64,000 bases of DNA from the human T2T-CHM13v2.0 reference genome, Homo sapiens (GCA_009914755.4 CP068257.2:15328001-15392000), one strand, 5' to 3'; counted from the first letter of the stretch, positions 13,727-26,945 are shown. Notes: generated by a model not told the origin, from the letters alone. Made by a program: numbers and translations.

Positions 13727-16700
13727 GGCAATTCTGGTTGCCTGTGTTTGTGGGTTATTGCTCAAGAAATGTTTTCCCAGACCAATATCCTGTAGATTTT
13801 CCCCGATGTTTTCTTGTGGCAGTTTCATAGTTTGAGGTCTTAGATTTAAGTCTTTAATCTAGTTTGACTTGACTTTTGTGTACGGTGAGAGATAGGGGTC
13901 CAGTTTCATTCTTCGGCATATGGATATCCAGTTTTTCCAGCACAATTTATTTAAGAGACTCTCCTTTCCCTAGTGTATGTTCTTGGCACCATGTCAAAAG
14001 TGAGTTCACTATAGGTGTGTGGATTTATTTCTGGGTTCTCTGTTCTGTTCCATTGGTCTACGTGTCTGTTTTTATGCCAATACCATGCTGTTTTGTTTAC
14101 CACAACTCTGTAGCAAGATCTGAAGTCGAGTAATGTGATTGCTCCAGTTTTGTTCTTTTTGTTTAAAATAGCTTTGGCTATTCTGAGTCTTTCGTGGTGC
14201 TATATAAATTATATGATCTTTTTTCTAATTCTTTGAAGAATAATATTAGTATTTTGGGATAGGGATTGCATTGAATCTGTACATTGCTTTGGGTAGTATA
14301 GACACTTTAACAATATTGAGTCTTCCAATAAATGAACATGGAATATTTTTCCATTGCTTTCATTAGTCTTTTATAGTTTTCATTATAGCGATCTTTCCAT
14401 TCTTTGGGTAATTTTTAGGTATTTATTTTATGCATGGCTATTATAGATGTCATTACTTTTTAATTTCTTTTTCACATTATTCACTGTAGGCATATAGAAA
14501 TGCTACTGAGTTTTGCATGTTGATTTTGTATCCTGCAACTTCACTGACTTTGTTTATCAGTTCTAACAGTTTTCTTATAATCTTTAGGTTTTCCTAATTA
14601 TAAGATCATATCATGAGCAAACAAGGTTAATTTGACTTCTTTCCTTCCAATTTGGATGCCCTTTATATCCTTCTCTTGTCTGATTGCTCTAGCCAGTAAT
14701 TCCAGTAGTATGTTGAATAACGGTGGTGAAAGTGGACCTCCTTGTCATTTTCCAGATCTCAGAGGAAAAGCTTTCAGTTTTTTTTCCCATTTAGTATGAT
14801 AATACCTGTGGGTCTGTTGTATGTGGTTCTTAAATGTATTGAGGTATCTTCCTTCTATTCCCAGTTTTTTGAGGGTTATTATCATGAAGGAATGTTGAAT
14901 TTTATCAAATGCCTTTTCAGAAACAATGGAAATCATAAGGTTTTTGGCCTTCATTCTGTTGATATGATGTATCATGTTGATTGATTTGCATATGTTGAAG
15001 CATCCTTGCATCCCAGGGATAAATCCTAGTTGGTCAGGATAAATGCCCTTTATAATGTCTTGTGGAATGCAGTTTGCTAGTATTTTGTTGAGGATTCTTG
15101 CATCAATATTCATCACAGATACTGGCCTGCGGTTTTCTTTTTTTGATGTGTCTTTGGTTTTGGTATCAGGGTAACACTGGCCTCATAGAATAAGTTTGAA
15201 AGTATTCTCTCATCCTCTATTTTTTGGAATAGTTTGAGTAGGATTGGTATTAGTTCTTCTTTAAGTGTTTGGTAGAATTTGACAGTGAGGCCATCAGGTT
15301 CTTTACTGGGAGACTTTCTATGACAGCTTCGATCTCATTACTTGTTATCCGTATTTTCATGTTTTGGATTTCTTCCTGGTTCAATCTTGGTAGGTTGTAT
15401 GTACCTAGAAATGTTTTTATTTCTTTTAGATTTTCCAATCTATTGGCATATAGTTGCATGTAGTACCCCTTAATGAGCCTTTGAGTTCTGCATTATCAGC
15501 TGTCTCCTTCTTCATTTCTGATTTTATTTATGTGGATCTCCTCTTTTTTTTCTTAGTTATTCTGGCTAAAAGTTTGTAATTTTGTGTAATGTTTTTTAAA
15601 AAAAACAACTTTTTGTTTCATTGACCTTTTGTATTTTTTATTTCAATTTCATTTATTTCTGCTCTGATCCTTATTATTTATTTTCTTCTACTAATTTTGG
15701 GTTTGGTCTGCTCTTGCTTTTCTAGTTCTTTAGGATGCAATGTTAGATTGTTCATTTGAAGTTTTTCTTATAGCTATAAATTTCCCTCTTAGTACTGATT
15801 TTACTGTATCTCATAGGTTTTTGTATGTTGTGTTTACATTATCATTTGTTTCAAGAAATTTTTCAATTTCCTTCTAATTTCTTCATCAACCCACTGGCCA
15901 CTCAAGAGCCTATTGTTTGATTTCCATGTGTTTCTATAGTTTCCAAAATCCCTCTTTGTATTACTTTCTAATTTTATTTAATTGTGGTTAGAGAAGATGC
16001 TTGACATTATTTCAAATGTTTTAATGTTTTAAGATGTGTTTTGTGACCTAACATATGGTCTATTCTGGAGAATGATTCATGTGCTGAGGAAAAAAGTGTG
16101 TACTCTGTAGCTCTTGGATAAAATGTTCTTTAAATATCTATTGGATGCATTTGGTCTACAGTGCAGATTAATGTTTCTTTGTTGATTTTCTGTCTAGAAA
16201 ATCTGTCCAACGCTGGAAGTGAGGTGTTGAAGTCTCCAGCTATTACTTTATTGGGGCCTGCCTATCTCTTTAGCTCTAATAATATTTCCTTTCTATATAT
16301 TGATGGTCTAGCATTGGGTGCATATATATTTAAAATTGTTATATCCTTTTGCTGAATTCATTTCTTTATTATTATATAGTGACCTTCTTTGACTCTTCTT
16401 ATAGTTTTTGTCTTGAAGTCTATTTTGTCTGATATAAGTACAGCTACTGCTACTTTTCTCTGGCTTTTGCTGGCATGGAATATCTTTTTTCATCCCTTTA
16501 TTTTCATTCTATGTGTGTCTTTATAGGTGAAGTATGTTTCTTGTAGGCAACAGACTGATTGATTTTTTTTCATCCATGCAGCCATCTTATGTCTTTTGAT
16601 TGGAGAGTTTAGTCCATTTACATTTAAAGTCGTTATTGATAAGTAAGAGCTTACTCCTGCCATTTTGTTATTTATTTTTTCTCTTTTTTAGTTGCCTTCT

Positions 16701-17200
16701 CTTCCTTCTTTCTTTCCTTCTTGTCTTCCTTTAGTGTAGATGGTTTGATTTAGTTTCTTTCTTTTCATTTTTTGTGTCTCTATTCTATGTTTTTTGGTTT
16801 AAGGTTGCCATGAGGTTTGCAAATACTGCCTTGTGGCCCATTATTTTAACCCAATAACAACCTAACACTACATAAACAAACAAACAAAAAGAAAATTAAT
16901 AAAAACTCTACATCTTAACTTTGTCCCCCTACTTTTTAACTTTTTGTTATTTCTACTTATATCTTATTATACTGCCTGTGCCTTGAAAAGTTGTTGTAGT
17001 AATTATTTATTATTAGTTCATTGTTTATTCTTTTTACTTAGGATAAGAGTAGCTTACACACCACAGTTACAGCATTATCATATTCTGTGTTGTTCTGTGT
17101 ACTTACTATTACCAATGAGTTTTCCACCTTTAGATGATTTCTTATTGCTCATTAATGTTAAACAAGTAATTTCAATATCTCTATTTGATCTGCAATAATT
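13727..17200 (-). mobile_element. Primate L1 (L1PB/L1MA-like) body, antisense: ORF2 antisense through the ORF2 start (~16650) into the long inter-ORF / ORF1 3' region
   Basis: About 3.4 kb of continuous antisense-L1 sequence, for example ccagtttcattcttcggcatatggatatccagtttttccagcacaatttatt, tctgttctgttccattggtctacgtgtctgtttttatgccaataccatgctgttttgtttacc, ttgcatcccagggataaatcctagttggtc, and agtccatttacatttaaagtcgttattgataagtaagagcttactcctgccatttt (antisense of the ORF2 start MTGSNSH...LNINGLN). Confidence 0.9.
14745..15116 (-). pseudogene. L1 ORF2 reverse-transcriptase fragment (123-aa open remnant inside the antisense L1)
   Basis: The track protein contains ...[52 protein letters not shown]...[11 protein letters not shown], the conserved L1 RT motifs (compare ...[44 protein letters not shown]...KLEAFPLKTGTRQG). 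Confidence 0.9.
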
Positions 17201-19419
17201 CACCCAAACTCCAGATTAATTTCCAGCTGATTAGTTCAATTTTTAGCACAGACACAGTTTACTCAAAATTAACACATCCAAATCAAACTGGATCTTCTCA
17301 CTCTATACATAAAACCTGATGGTCTTCAAATATTTTGAATGATGCACTCATTCATTAATCAAATAAAATTATGCATGGAGCTCATGTGAGAAGTGTCAAC
17401 TCTTTGTCAATATACTCTAAAAGAGGGTCATTTTGGTAAAACAGACACACACAATAACCAATAAAAAGCAATGCTGCTACCTATCCTAATGAAAATAGCC
17501 CTGCATGCATGATTGTTAAACAGTCAAAAAAAGGGACCAAACATTGAAAGAGATTCAACAGGTAGGAAGAGATGAAAAATGAATAAATCAAACAGATTTT
17601 AAATAAAAATGCAATAATTCAAAAAGAGAAGATCATTTTATTTCAAATCCATGATTGTGTCAAGTAAAGAGAATGCTGACTTCATAAAAAGAGATTGCTA
17701 GAGACATAACAGAATAAGAAATCAAAGAGTTCATAGAAACTATTAATAAAAAATTAATTTCCATTAAATCACCAAATGAGTATTTCTGAGTCTAAAGTCC
17801 TATCTTAGGATTTCCAGATACAATACAGGACACCCATCTAGATTGGAACTTCAGATGCCTAATGATTACTTTTTTTAGTCTAAGTATGACCCAAATATTG
17901 CATGAAACATGCCTATGTAAAGGTAATTTATTGACAAGGAAGGGGCAAAGTAATCTGTTGCTTCTCTGAAATTCACATTTGACTGGGTGCCCTGTATTTG
18001 TATTTGCTAAATATGACAGCCTTAAGTATTATGCAGTTAGTGAGTGGAGATTAGATAATACACAAAGAAGAGCATAAAGAAACTATAAACTAAGTTTGTA
18101 TTAGTTTTCTCTTAAAAAATATAATTTCCAGTTAAAATGAAAATCACTAAATACAAAAAAAAATTGCATGACTAAAGACTTAAGTAGGAGTCTAAAAGAC
18201 AGAGTCTAGAAATTCTCTTATAAATTAGATCAAAAAAGATAAAGAGGAAAAGCATGAGGGAAAATTCATAGGCTATATAAAGATTAGATTCAAAAAGCTA
18301 ACATCTATCCCTTAAGAGTTCTGGAGGGAAAAACAAGGACAATGGAGAGGAGGAGAGAGTTTTCAGAGTACCATGGTTTAATTTTACGTAATGAAAAGTT
18401 AATAGAAATTTTCTAAAATTGGAATTCCTAATAAAAATATTTTAAGGTGAGATAGAAAACCAAAAATGAATTTGTAATAACATAATTGTCGAGGTGGCAG
18501 AGAAAACAGAAGAGAAGAAGAAAAAATATGCTAAAATCATTATTTTCAAATGGAGGAGAATAACATTACTCAAGATAGATGTATTTATTATTTAGACCTG
18601 TAGTGATATATTTAGTCCAGATTTCTCAAAACAAAGCTTCAGGTTAAGGCTTGAATGCAGGTAGTTTATTTGGGAAGTAAATTCACTAATCAGGAATGAA
18701 AAAATTAGTGAGTGAGACAGGGAAGGAAGAAAAGCAAATATAAGAACAGGTTGTTGACTTGGCTACCATAACAGGTGACTAAAACTCAATTCTAATGTAT
18801 TTTCTGAGGAGCATTAGGAAAATTATTTTGCATTAATCTCCCAGGAAATGAAAGAGGAAAAACTTAGCTATACATTTTATGCCCCGTTGGTTAAAGCCAA
18901 TAATGTGTTCTATCTGATGTCAACACAATCAAAACTGTGATCAGAAGCAAAGGACTTAACAGAAACCTGAGGCAAGTGAATCTGTATAGTTGTCTTTTCC
19001 ATGTGAAAGCAAGTTGCATTTAATCATCTGTATTGATTGGCATTAAGAAGATTACATTCACCAAATCAATAGACATATCTGAAGTGCTTAAAGTTGTGTC
19101 TATATTTTCTAGTCTGCCAAGGCTAGACATTCATTATTTCTCAGCTACACTTAATAATTAGATGCTGGGCCTCATTTTTATAACAGAAAGTCTGGAAATG
19201 TAGCAGATAAGAATCTCCTTAGAAGCTGCCACAGAGCCCCTCTGGTTTTAACAGTATGCCTTAAATTGATCATTAGCTAAAAACAAACTAGTCCTTTTCT
19301 TTTTTCAGTGCATCATAACAGTTTACAATAGCCGGACAACTCCACTATTCCTAAAACTGCTATTTTTTTCCTTCCATTCAAGGGCAACAATTTCTGCATA
19401 ACCCAACATTTTCCCTTCC

Positions 19420-19835
19420 CCCATTCCTTCATTCAAATTCATCACAAGTGTCTGATGTTTAATTTTATGTGCCAGCTTGGCTGGGCCAAGATGCTCAGAT
19501 ATATGATCAAACATTATTCTGGATGTTTCCATCAGGGTGTTTTTGAATGAGATTAACATTTAAATCAGTGGACTTTGAGTAAAGTAGGTTGCCTTCTCTG
19601 ATGGCGGGGGTGGGGGCGGGGGGTGGAGTTTCATCCAATCAGTGAACTCCTGTATAGAACAAAAGACTGCCCTTCATTGACAATAAGGAATTCTACCACT
19701 AGAGGCCTTCGAACTTGAACTGCAACATTGACTCTTCCTGGGTTGTCTCTAGTCTACCAGCCCATCCTGTAGATTTTGGACTTACCAGCTTCTATAATCA
19801 TATCAGCCAATTCTTATAATTACAATATATAATAA
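19420..19835 (+). mobile_element. Ancient interspersed repeat, family not confidently assigned (a common mammalian element ending ...cataatcgtgtgagccaattcctataataaatctc followed by a TA-rich tail)
   Basis: ...gtgtttttgaatgagattaacatttaaatcagtggactttgagtaaagtaggttgccttctctgatggcgggggtggg...catccaatcagtgaactcctgtatagaacaaaagactgccc...ggacttaccagcttctataatcatatcagccaattcttataat matches, motif by motif, a widespread repeat I recognise but cannot name with confidence. Confidence 0.4.
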
Positions 19836-19985
19836 ATTGTATAAATCTATATATGTATATATACATATATATAAAAGAAGGACTATGTGTTTGTGTATGT
19901 GTGTACATATATACATTTATTATATACATATACATGTATTACATATCTTATATACATCTATATGTACATATCAATATTTTACTCC
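19836..19985. repeat. Degenerate (TATACA)/(TATGTA)-type low-complexity tract
   Basis: tatatatgtatatatacatatatat...tacatatatacatttattatatacatatacatgtattacatatcttatatacatctatatgtacatatc read directly. Confidence 0.6.
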
Positions 19986-22900
19986 ACTTATTTAATATGC
20001 ATTTTTTATCAAAGTCTTCTTTGTAATTCCTATTATCTCAACTTTCAGAATTTCCTTTTCTAGCATTCAGCATGTTGGTAGTAATAGATTAGAACTTTGA
20101 TCATATTCACATAATCTAAAATTCATTTACTTTAAAATCTTTAGAATCTTATTGTATTTTATAAATATTTTTCAATAGTCAAAAAGCAGCATTGAAATCT
20201 CAACAAAGATTCCACCATCCCAGTGGGAATAAATCTCTATTTTACAAGCTATAGCTATCTGAGTCAAAGTAATTTTCTATATTATGTCCCGTTATAAGTA
20301 ATTACATTATTTTTACACTGTTCATCCAATATTAGAGAAAATACTTGAACTCTGCTGCCTGAACATTACTCTAGGCACGATACAAGAGAAAATGTAATCA
20401 TAATATCGACAGCTCTGTTTAAACTCCCTTCAAAGAAGTTTGGATCAGTCTCACACTGTGTCTGAAAGCAGATATTTATAAATTGCTTTGAATTATATGA
20501 CACCTTTCTTCTCCCAAGGAGCTTATTCTTATAGTATTTATTCTGTGGCATTTCAAATAATTGATTTGTTTCAGTGTGCATGTCCAGAGGCCCCAAGGAC
20601 ATGGCCATGTTTTTCACAGATCTAATAACTAAAATTAACTTGGGGCAAAAACCAATGAAGGGAAGCTAATGCAATCAAGTGGGAGGCACGAAGACTCCGC
20701 GTGTTGTGTGTTGTTCATCTCATGGAATATTCTTTGTGTGTGCTGAAAGATATTGAAGATATATAAGATACTGAATTTTCTGTTTCTATTTCTGACCCTC
20801 TGCTGACTCAGTAACTGACTGTGGACAAGGAGACACTAAATATTTTGCAGCTGCACCACATTTACTTAGCAGAAATTATGTTATTGGTGAGCTGTGTTCT
20901 AACAGCATTATCTGCCAGACATTATACTGACTAATGACATCATATTATAAATAAATTAAAATTCCTCAGATGATGAGAACTTCCAAACATAGCTTATATC
21001 TTTTTTTACTGAATAAAACAGAACTCCCACTGCAGCTCCACTCAGAGCCCAACCTAGTGTTACTTGACCCATGAAAATTCCTTGAAGTCTCTAATAAACG
21101 TTTGCCTCAAGAGAATTTAGCAATATTGCCTGAGTTGCACAGTGATCAAAGATCTTATCTAATATAACAACAGAAATTGAAACAGAAGACGACAAAGATG
21201 ATGCTAAAAACCCAATATTCAATAGGTAGCATTTTATAAGACATTAACACTGTTCCTTGAACTTACAATATAACTATTTTCTATTATCTGCCCAGAATAT
21301 AACTATAATGTGTGAAGTTGTATTTAGTTAAATTAGGTTGGTATGAAATGCTGTAATCTAAAAAAAAAGCAAGAATATAAGTCACTGTTGATGTTGTTTC
21401 AGTCTGAATCTAGAGTTAATTTCTACTTTCCATAAGGTATTTGTTTTGTCTTGTTTGGTTTGGTTTTAAATAGATGTCAAATGCCTATGAATTTCCTAGG
21501 AGTATATTTCTCAACATTATTATATGCTCAAGCTGTCAGTATGTCAGACATAGAGAAGAAAGGAGTAAGGAGTATGATACACATCTGTACATTTATTTTG
21601 TATAAATTAATGACAATCCCACTTGAAATCCAATTAATATATTAATAATGAATGCAATCTAGATATCTTGGTAAAATCTCAACAAGAATAAAAACAGATT
21701 TAAATTTTAAAAAATTGTTGTTTTTTGTGTGTATGTGTTTTTAACATAGCCCATTTTCCATTTCTTTTTCCATTAGTTAATAGTTCCATGGGGCTTTCCC
21801 CTGGGCCAATAGCTGGGCTTTGATCTCACATTTCTAGCAAATCTCTGCCAGTGGAGGCAATAGTGTTGCCTGCCAGTTCAATTCAGTTCTTACCTCTTTT
21901 TCTAATTGTTCTGATGTCCTCAGAATCCCATGTGCCAAAATAAACCCTTGTCTGTCTGTTTCACAGCTCTATGTGCCTGAGCTGGTTTCCACAAACACAG
22001 AAACATCTCCTGCACTAATGATCTTCTACACAAGTATAGGTATGAAAAGAGCTGTATATGGGATTCTCTTCAGAAAAGTATTCCTCTGTTCAGTTATGAA
22101 GGTAAAGATTGGGTTCAACTTTTCAAGTTATTCTATGTTATGAAAACTTTTGTTTTCTTTAATAACCTTGATATTAGCCTTTCATCTTAATACATATAGA
22201 GTTAATGATTATGGATTTTAAGGAGGAATAGCTGTCTTACTTCTGTATTTTTCTTCAGTGATGTTCTATTGCACAGATGTAGACACTATGCAGATATTTG
22301 GATTTAACTTTGGTTACTGTCTCTTCAAACAGGTAACACACAACAAGACTTAAAGGTATCGTATGCATACACAATAGCATTCAAAATAATGAATCTCTTG
22401 ACACTTTCTAAATGTTTAGCCCACCTAAGGCACATCTCTCAATATGTCTATAGTAAGAATACAATTAAGAAGTAATCTGTTTTTGCTTCTGCCTCCAGCC
22501 ATGAAGGAGTAATAGGGCTAAGATTTACCCTCCCATTTTAAACAACAAACAACTAAAAAATAAAGTAAAATATAATCAATGGTTTTCAGATATTAGACAA
22601 TGGGTAGTACAGAAGAATAACCTCTGAGAAAAGGAAAAAAAATAAAGTGAGCCCTACAATTGTCCCATCTTGCTAACTACAAATGTTTCCAGGCTAGAGC
22701 ACAGGAAGAAGAAATGCATAGAGAGCCTATGATATTGCTGAATTGAGAAGACAAGTACAGAGTTCAGAGATGCCAAGGCATCTAGAATTCACAGGCAGCA
22801 TACTGGAAAGAGGCAACTACCTAAGAAAGAACCTCAGAGGTCTGCAAAGGGCTCCCCTTGGGGCTTCGTCATGAGCATGAGCATGATTAGCACATGCAGT

Positions 22901-23814
22901 GTGAAAAGCTCCCTATTTCATGGGGCATTGAATAGAGTCCTCAGAAGGGCATTGCTTCAAGCACACCTAGAAAGGATTGGCTTCTTTTCAAGCAACTTAC
23001 TGTTTTACAGAATAAAGTTCAAAACTACTAAAAAGAATGCAAATACTCTAGAATGTCACATATAAAATTTCAATTAAAAAATAGGCATAAGACAAAAACG
23101 GGAAAAATCAATCAGTACCAACAGACACAGGAATGACAGACATGACAGAAATAATAGACATGAAAATTAAAGCAGTCATTATAAATAGGCTCATTATGTC
23201 CAGGAAAATAAATGAAAACAATCATAATAAGGAGAGACATGGGGGAAAAAAGATCAAAATCAAATTTCCAAATAAGAAAAATAAAACAAAAGACACATTC
23301 TTTTAGAATACTCTTCTAACATTCACCAAAACAGAGCATATTATGACTCATGAAGCATATCTCAATAAATGTAAAAGATTTTAAAACATGCAAAATATGT
23401 TATCTAGCCAGAATTAAATTAAAAATTAATAACAAAATATATAAATTTCATAAATATATTGAAATGAAACAACCTAACTGTAAATAATTGATGGGTCATA
23501 GAAGAAATCACAAAAGAGATTAGAAAATATGTGAAAAAGGAGATTAGAAAATATATGAACTAAACTAAAATGAAAGCATATTATGCCAAAATTTTGGGGA
23601 TGCAACTAAAGCAGTTCTTAGAGAAATGTTTATAATTTTACAGGTGCATATAAGAAAAGCAGAAGGGTCTACAATCTATGTACTAAGCTTCCACAATGAG
23701 TAATTAGAAAAAGAAGAGCAAATTATATTAAAAATAAGCAGAAGAAAATTACACAAATCGATGAAATAGTAAAGTTATATAAATCTGTATCACTTTGTAT
23801 ACATAAAACTATCT

Positions 23815-23880
23815 ACACACACATGCACACACACACACACATATATGTATAGAGAGAGAGATAGAGAGAGAGAGAAACAG
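23815..23880. repeat. (CA)n/(GA)n compound microsatellite inside the L1M
   Basis: acacacatgcacacacacacacacatatatgtatagagagagagatagagagagagagaaacag. Confidence 0.75.
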
Positions 23881-24547
23881 ACATAGAAAATCAACTAAAA
23901 GAAAAGTGGCTTATTTGAGATCAATAAAATGGATAAACTTCTAGACAGAATAAAAGGAGAGAAGATGTATATTACCAGTATCAGAAATGAGAGAAGAAAA
24001 CTCACTACAGAGGCTACAAACATTAAAGGAATATTATAAATAATTGCATGCCAATCATTTCAACAACTTAGATGAAATGAACTTTAAAAAATAAACTAAC
24101 AAAACTCATTCCTGAAAAACTAGATAACATAAATAGCCCTTTATCGCTCTAAAAATTGGATTTGTACCACAACTGTCACAGTAATTAAAATCTAGGGTAT
24201 ATAAGACTTCATTGGTGAATTCTAACAACATTTAAGGAAAAATAGTACAAGCTTTTATTTCAGCTCATTCTGATGAGCTATATACAATGACACTCATGAA
24301 CACAGATCTAAAATTGTCAACCTAATTTTAGAAAATGAAATTTAACAATATTAAAAAGACTAATACATCATGACTAAGTGGGATTTATCTCAGAAATAAG
24401 TTTTGTTTAGCACTGGAAAATCAAATAGCATAATTCACCATAACACAGACTCAAACTGAAAGAAAAGATATTCTCAATAGAAGTGGAAAAGCATTTTACA
24501 AAATTTAATATCAACTCATGACTTTAAAACTCAGTGAATACAAATTG

Positions 24548-25075
24548 AAATTGTGGTAGGTTGAATAATTGACTCCTAATCACTGAAAGCTGTGAGTGTT
24601 ACCTTATATGGTAAGAGGGACTCTGCAGGTATGATTAAATCTTCATATGAGGTAATCATCCTGGATTATCTATGTGGGTCCTAAAACAGCCACAGGCATT
24701 CTTATAAAAGGGAGACGGGGGAGATTCTAGTCAGAAGAAAGGGATATGATGACCTCTGCATGAGCGTTTGAGCATGGAAGGACCAATCCAGAGCCAGGGA
24801 ATACAAGGAATGCAGCTCTAGAAGCTGGAAAAGGCAAGAAAATAGATTCTCTCCCTAGAGCTTCTGGAGGGCACATGACCCTGGTGACACCTTGGTTTTG
24901 TCCCAGTATATCTGAGTTCAGATCTCTAGCTTCCAGAAGTGCAAGAAAATAATTTTGAGTTGTGCTAACACACCAACTTTGTGGTAATTTGTTAAAGCTG
25001 TTGCAGGAAACTAGTATGGAAGACAACTTTCTCAGCCCAATAAATGGCATCTAAGAACAGTCAATAGCTAACATC
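24548..25075 (-). mobile_element. Solo LTR (MaLR/ERVL-type, antisense) nested inside the L1M ORF2
   Basis: The reverse complement reads ...cagctttaacaaattaccacaaagttggtgtgttagcacaactcaaaattattttcttgcacttctggaagctagagatctgaactcagatatactgggacaaaaccaaggtgtcaccagggtcatgtgccctccagaagctctagggagag...ttataagaatgcctgtggctgttttaggacccacatagataatccaggatgattacctcatatgaagatttaatcatacctgcagagtccctcttaccatataaggtaacactcacagctttcagtgattaggagtcaattattcaacctaccaca, the classic termini of this LTR class. The flanking L1M sequence resumes immediately after (agctaacatcatgcttaatg). Confidence 0.55.
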
Positions 25076-25569
25076 ATGCTTAATGATAAAAACTGAATGC
25101 TTTTTCCTTAAGATTGAAAACCAGAATTGGAAGCAAGTATGTCCACTCTTACTACTATGCAACATTATGCTGTAGATGCTAGTAAATTCAATAAAGAAAA
25201 ATGTAAATAAAAAGTATAATAATAAAAAAAGCAGATTTAGGTAGAAAATTTTTTATTTTTTTAAAAAGCTAGTAAAACTAATGAATGAGTTTAGCAAAAT
25301 CACTTGACTCAATTTCAATACTACAAAACTAAATATAGTGGCAAAAAAGCCCAGAAAATGAAATAGAAAAAAAAACCCAATACCATTTACAAAAACATAA
25401 AAATATTAAATACGTAAGACTGAAATTTGACAAAACTTGTGGAAGGTTTCTACACTGAAATCTACAAAATATTATCCTCAAAATAAAGGAAGCCTTAAAT
25501 AAATGGAGAAATGTAGCACAGCCAGTAATCAGAAGATCCAATATTGTTAAAATGTTAAATTCTTTCCAG

Positions 25570-25700
25570 GTTGACCAAGGTCAAAGGTTGGCAAACTTTT
25601 TCTGTGAGGAACCAGATAGTAAATATTTTAGGCTTTGCAAGCTATGTATCGTCTCTATTATACATTCTTTGTTTTTTGCTTAGGTTTGTTTTTTGCAACC
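25570..25700. mobile_element. MER20-like hAT relic (partial)
   Basis: ggttggcaaactttttctgtgaggaaccagatagtaaatattttaggctttgcaagctatgtatcgtctct resembles ggcaaactttttctgtaaagggccagatagtaaatattttaggctttgcgggccatacggtctct. Confidence 0.4.
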
Positions 25701-26242
25701 ACTTAAAAGTGTAATTATAGCTATTTTTAGCTTGAAAGCACTACAAGAACAGACTCTGGGGTGAATTTGACACATGGACTGTACATTACTGACTCCTGCT
25801 GTAGATTCAATGAATCCCAGTGAAAATCCCAACAGGCCTTTATTATGAAATTATATGGAAATACGAAAGTGCTAAAATAGCTAAAGATTGAAAATCAAAA
25901 ACAAAGTTGAAAGACTTATACTTTCTGACTTGAAGACTTATTTTTCAACCCCCAATTAATCAAGTTAGTGTTAGATTCATATCAAGTTATATAAACATAT
26001 ACAGATCAGTGGAACTGGAAAGAAAGTTAAAAAAAAATGCACATATGGTAAATTTATTTTGACAAAGAGACCAAGCAATTCCACAAAAAGGATACTCTTT
26101 CAACCAATAACTCTGGAACAATTGTATGTCCAGTTAGGGGTAAAAGAGAAAACATCAATCATCCCTTACTTCAGAAACATAATTTACAAGTAAATCTGTG
26201 ATTAGGCAAAGATTTCTAAAGAGAACATGAAGATTATGACTC

Positions 26243-26597
26243 TATTAGTCCATTTTCACACTGTGGATAAAAACATACCTGAGGCTGGGCAATTTACAAA
26301 AGAAAGAGGTTTAATGTACTTACAGTTTCACATGGCTGGGGGGGCCTAACAATCATGGCGGAAGACAAGGAGGAGCAAGTCACATCTTACGTGGAGGGCG
26401 GCAGGCAGAGAAAAAGCTTGTGCAAAGAAACTCTGCCTCATAAAGCCGTCTGATCTCATGAGACTTATTCACTATCATGAGAATAGCAAGGGAAAGACCT
26501 GCCCCCTGTGGGTCAATTACCTCTCAATGGGTCCCTCCCACAACATGTGTGACTTCAAGATGAGATTTGGGTGGGGACACAGCCAAACCATATCAAT
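26243..26597 (-). mobile_element. THE1/MST-family MaLR solo LTR, antisense
   Basis: tattagtccattttcacactgtggataaaaacatacctgaggctgggcaatttacaaaagaaagaggtttaatg...tcacatggctggggggg...cacaatcatggcggaagacaaggaggagcaagtcacatcttacgtggagggcggcaggcagag...ctcatgagacttattcactatcatgagaatagcaagggaaag...gggtccctcccacaacatgtgtgacttcaagatgagatttgggtggggacacagccaaaccatatca is the reverse complement of the THE1/MST LTR consensus (TGATATGGTTTGGCTGTGTCCCCACCCAAATCTCATCTTGAA...TGTGAGAACGGACTAATACA). Confidence 0.9.
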
Positions 26598-26759
26598 GGC
26601 CTATTGAAAATATCAATAGTGTTGGATTTTATAAAAAGGTAAAACCTTTGTTTTTTGTAGGACATTATTAAGGAAATGGAAGGACAAACCACAAACAGGG
26701 AAAATATATTTTAAGGAACTTCCAGCTAGAACAGGAATCAGCCAACCAAGGCATGGGGC

Positions 26760-26945
26760 AAACCTGGTCTGCCATTTTTGAAAGTAAAGTTATGTTCATT
26801 TATTTATGTCTTGTATGTAGCTCTTTTCATGACAGAAGGCCAGAGTTGAATAGCTGCAACAGAAATCATATGGCCCATAAAGCCTAAAATATTCACTGTT
26901 TGATCCTTTACAGACACGGTATACCAACCCCTGAGCTGGAATAAA
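26760..26945. mobile_element. MER20-like hAT relic
   Basis: gccagagttgaatagctgcaacagaaatcatatggcccataaagcctaaaatattcactgtttgatcctttacagacacggtataccaacccctg versus the consensus ...ggcagagttgagtagttgcgacagagaccgtatggcccgcaaagcctaaaatatttactatctggcccttttacagaaaaagtttgccgacccctg. Confidence 0.5.

Noticed and set aside
14745-15116. 123-aa ORF with reverse-transcriptase motifs as a possible functional RT gene; the same applies to the ORF1/ORF2 reading frames at 62189-64000
   Set aside because: They are fragments of L1 ORF2 and ORF1 inside truncated, stop-containing L1 copies. They are retrotransposon pseudogenes, not host genes or a novel RT system.
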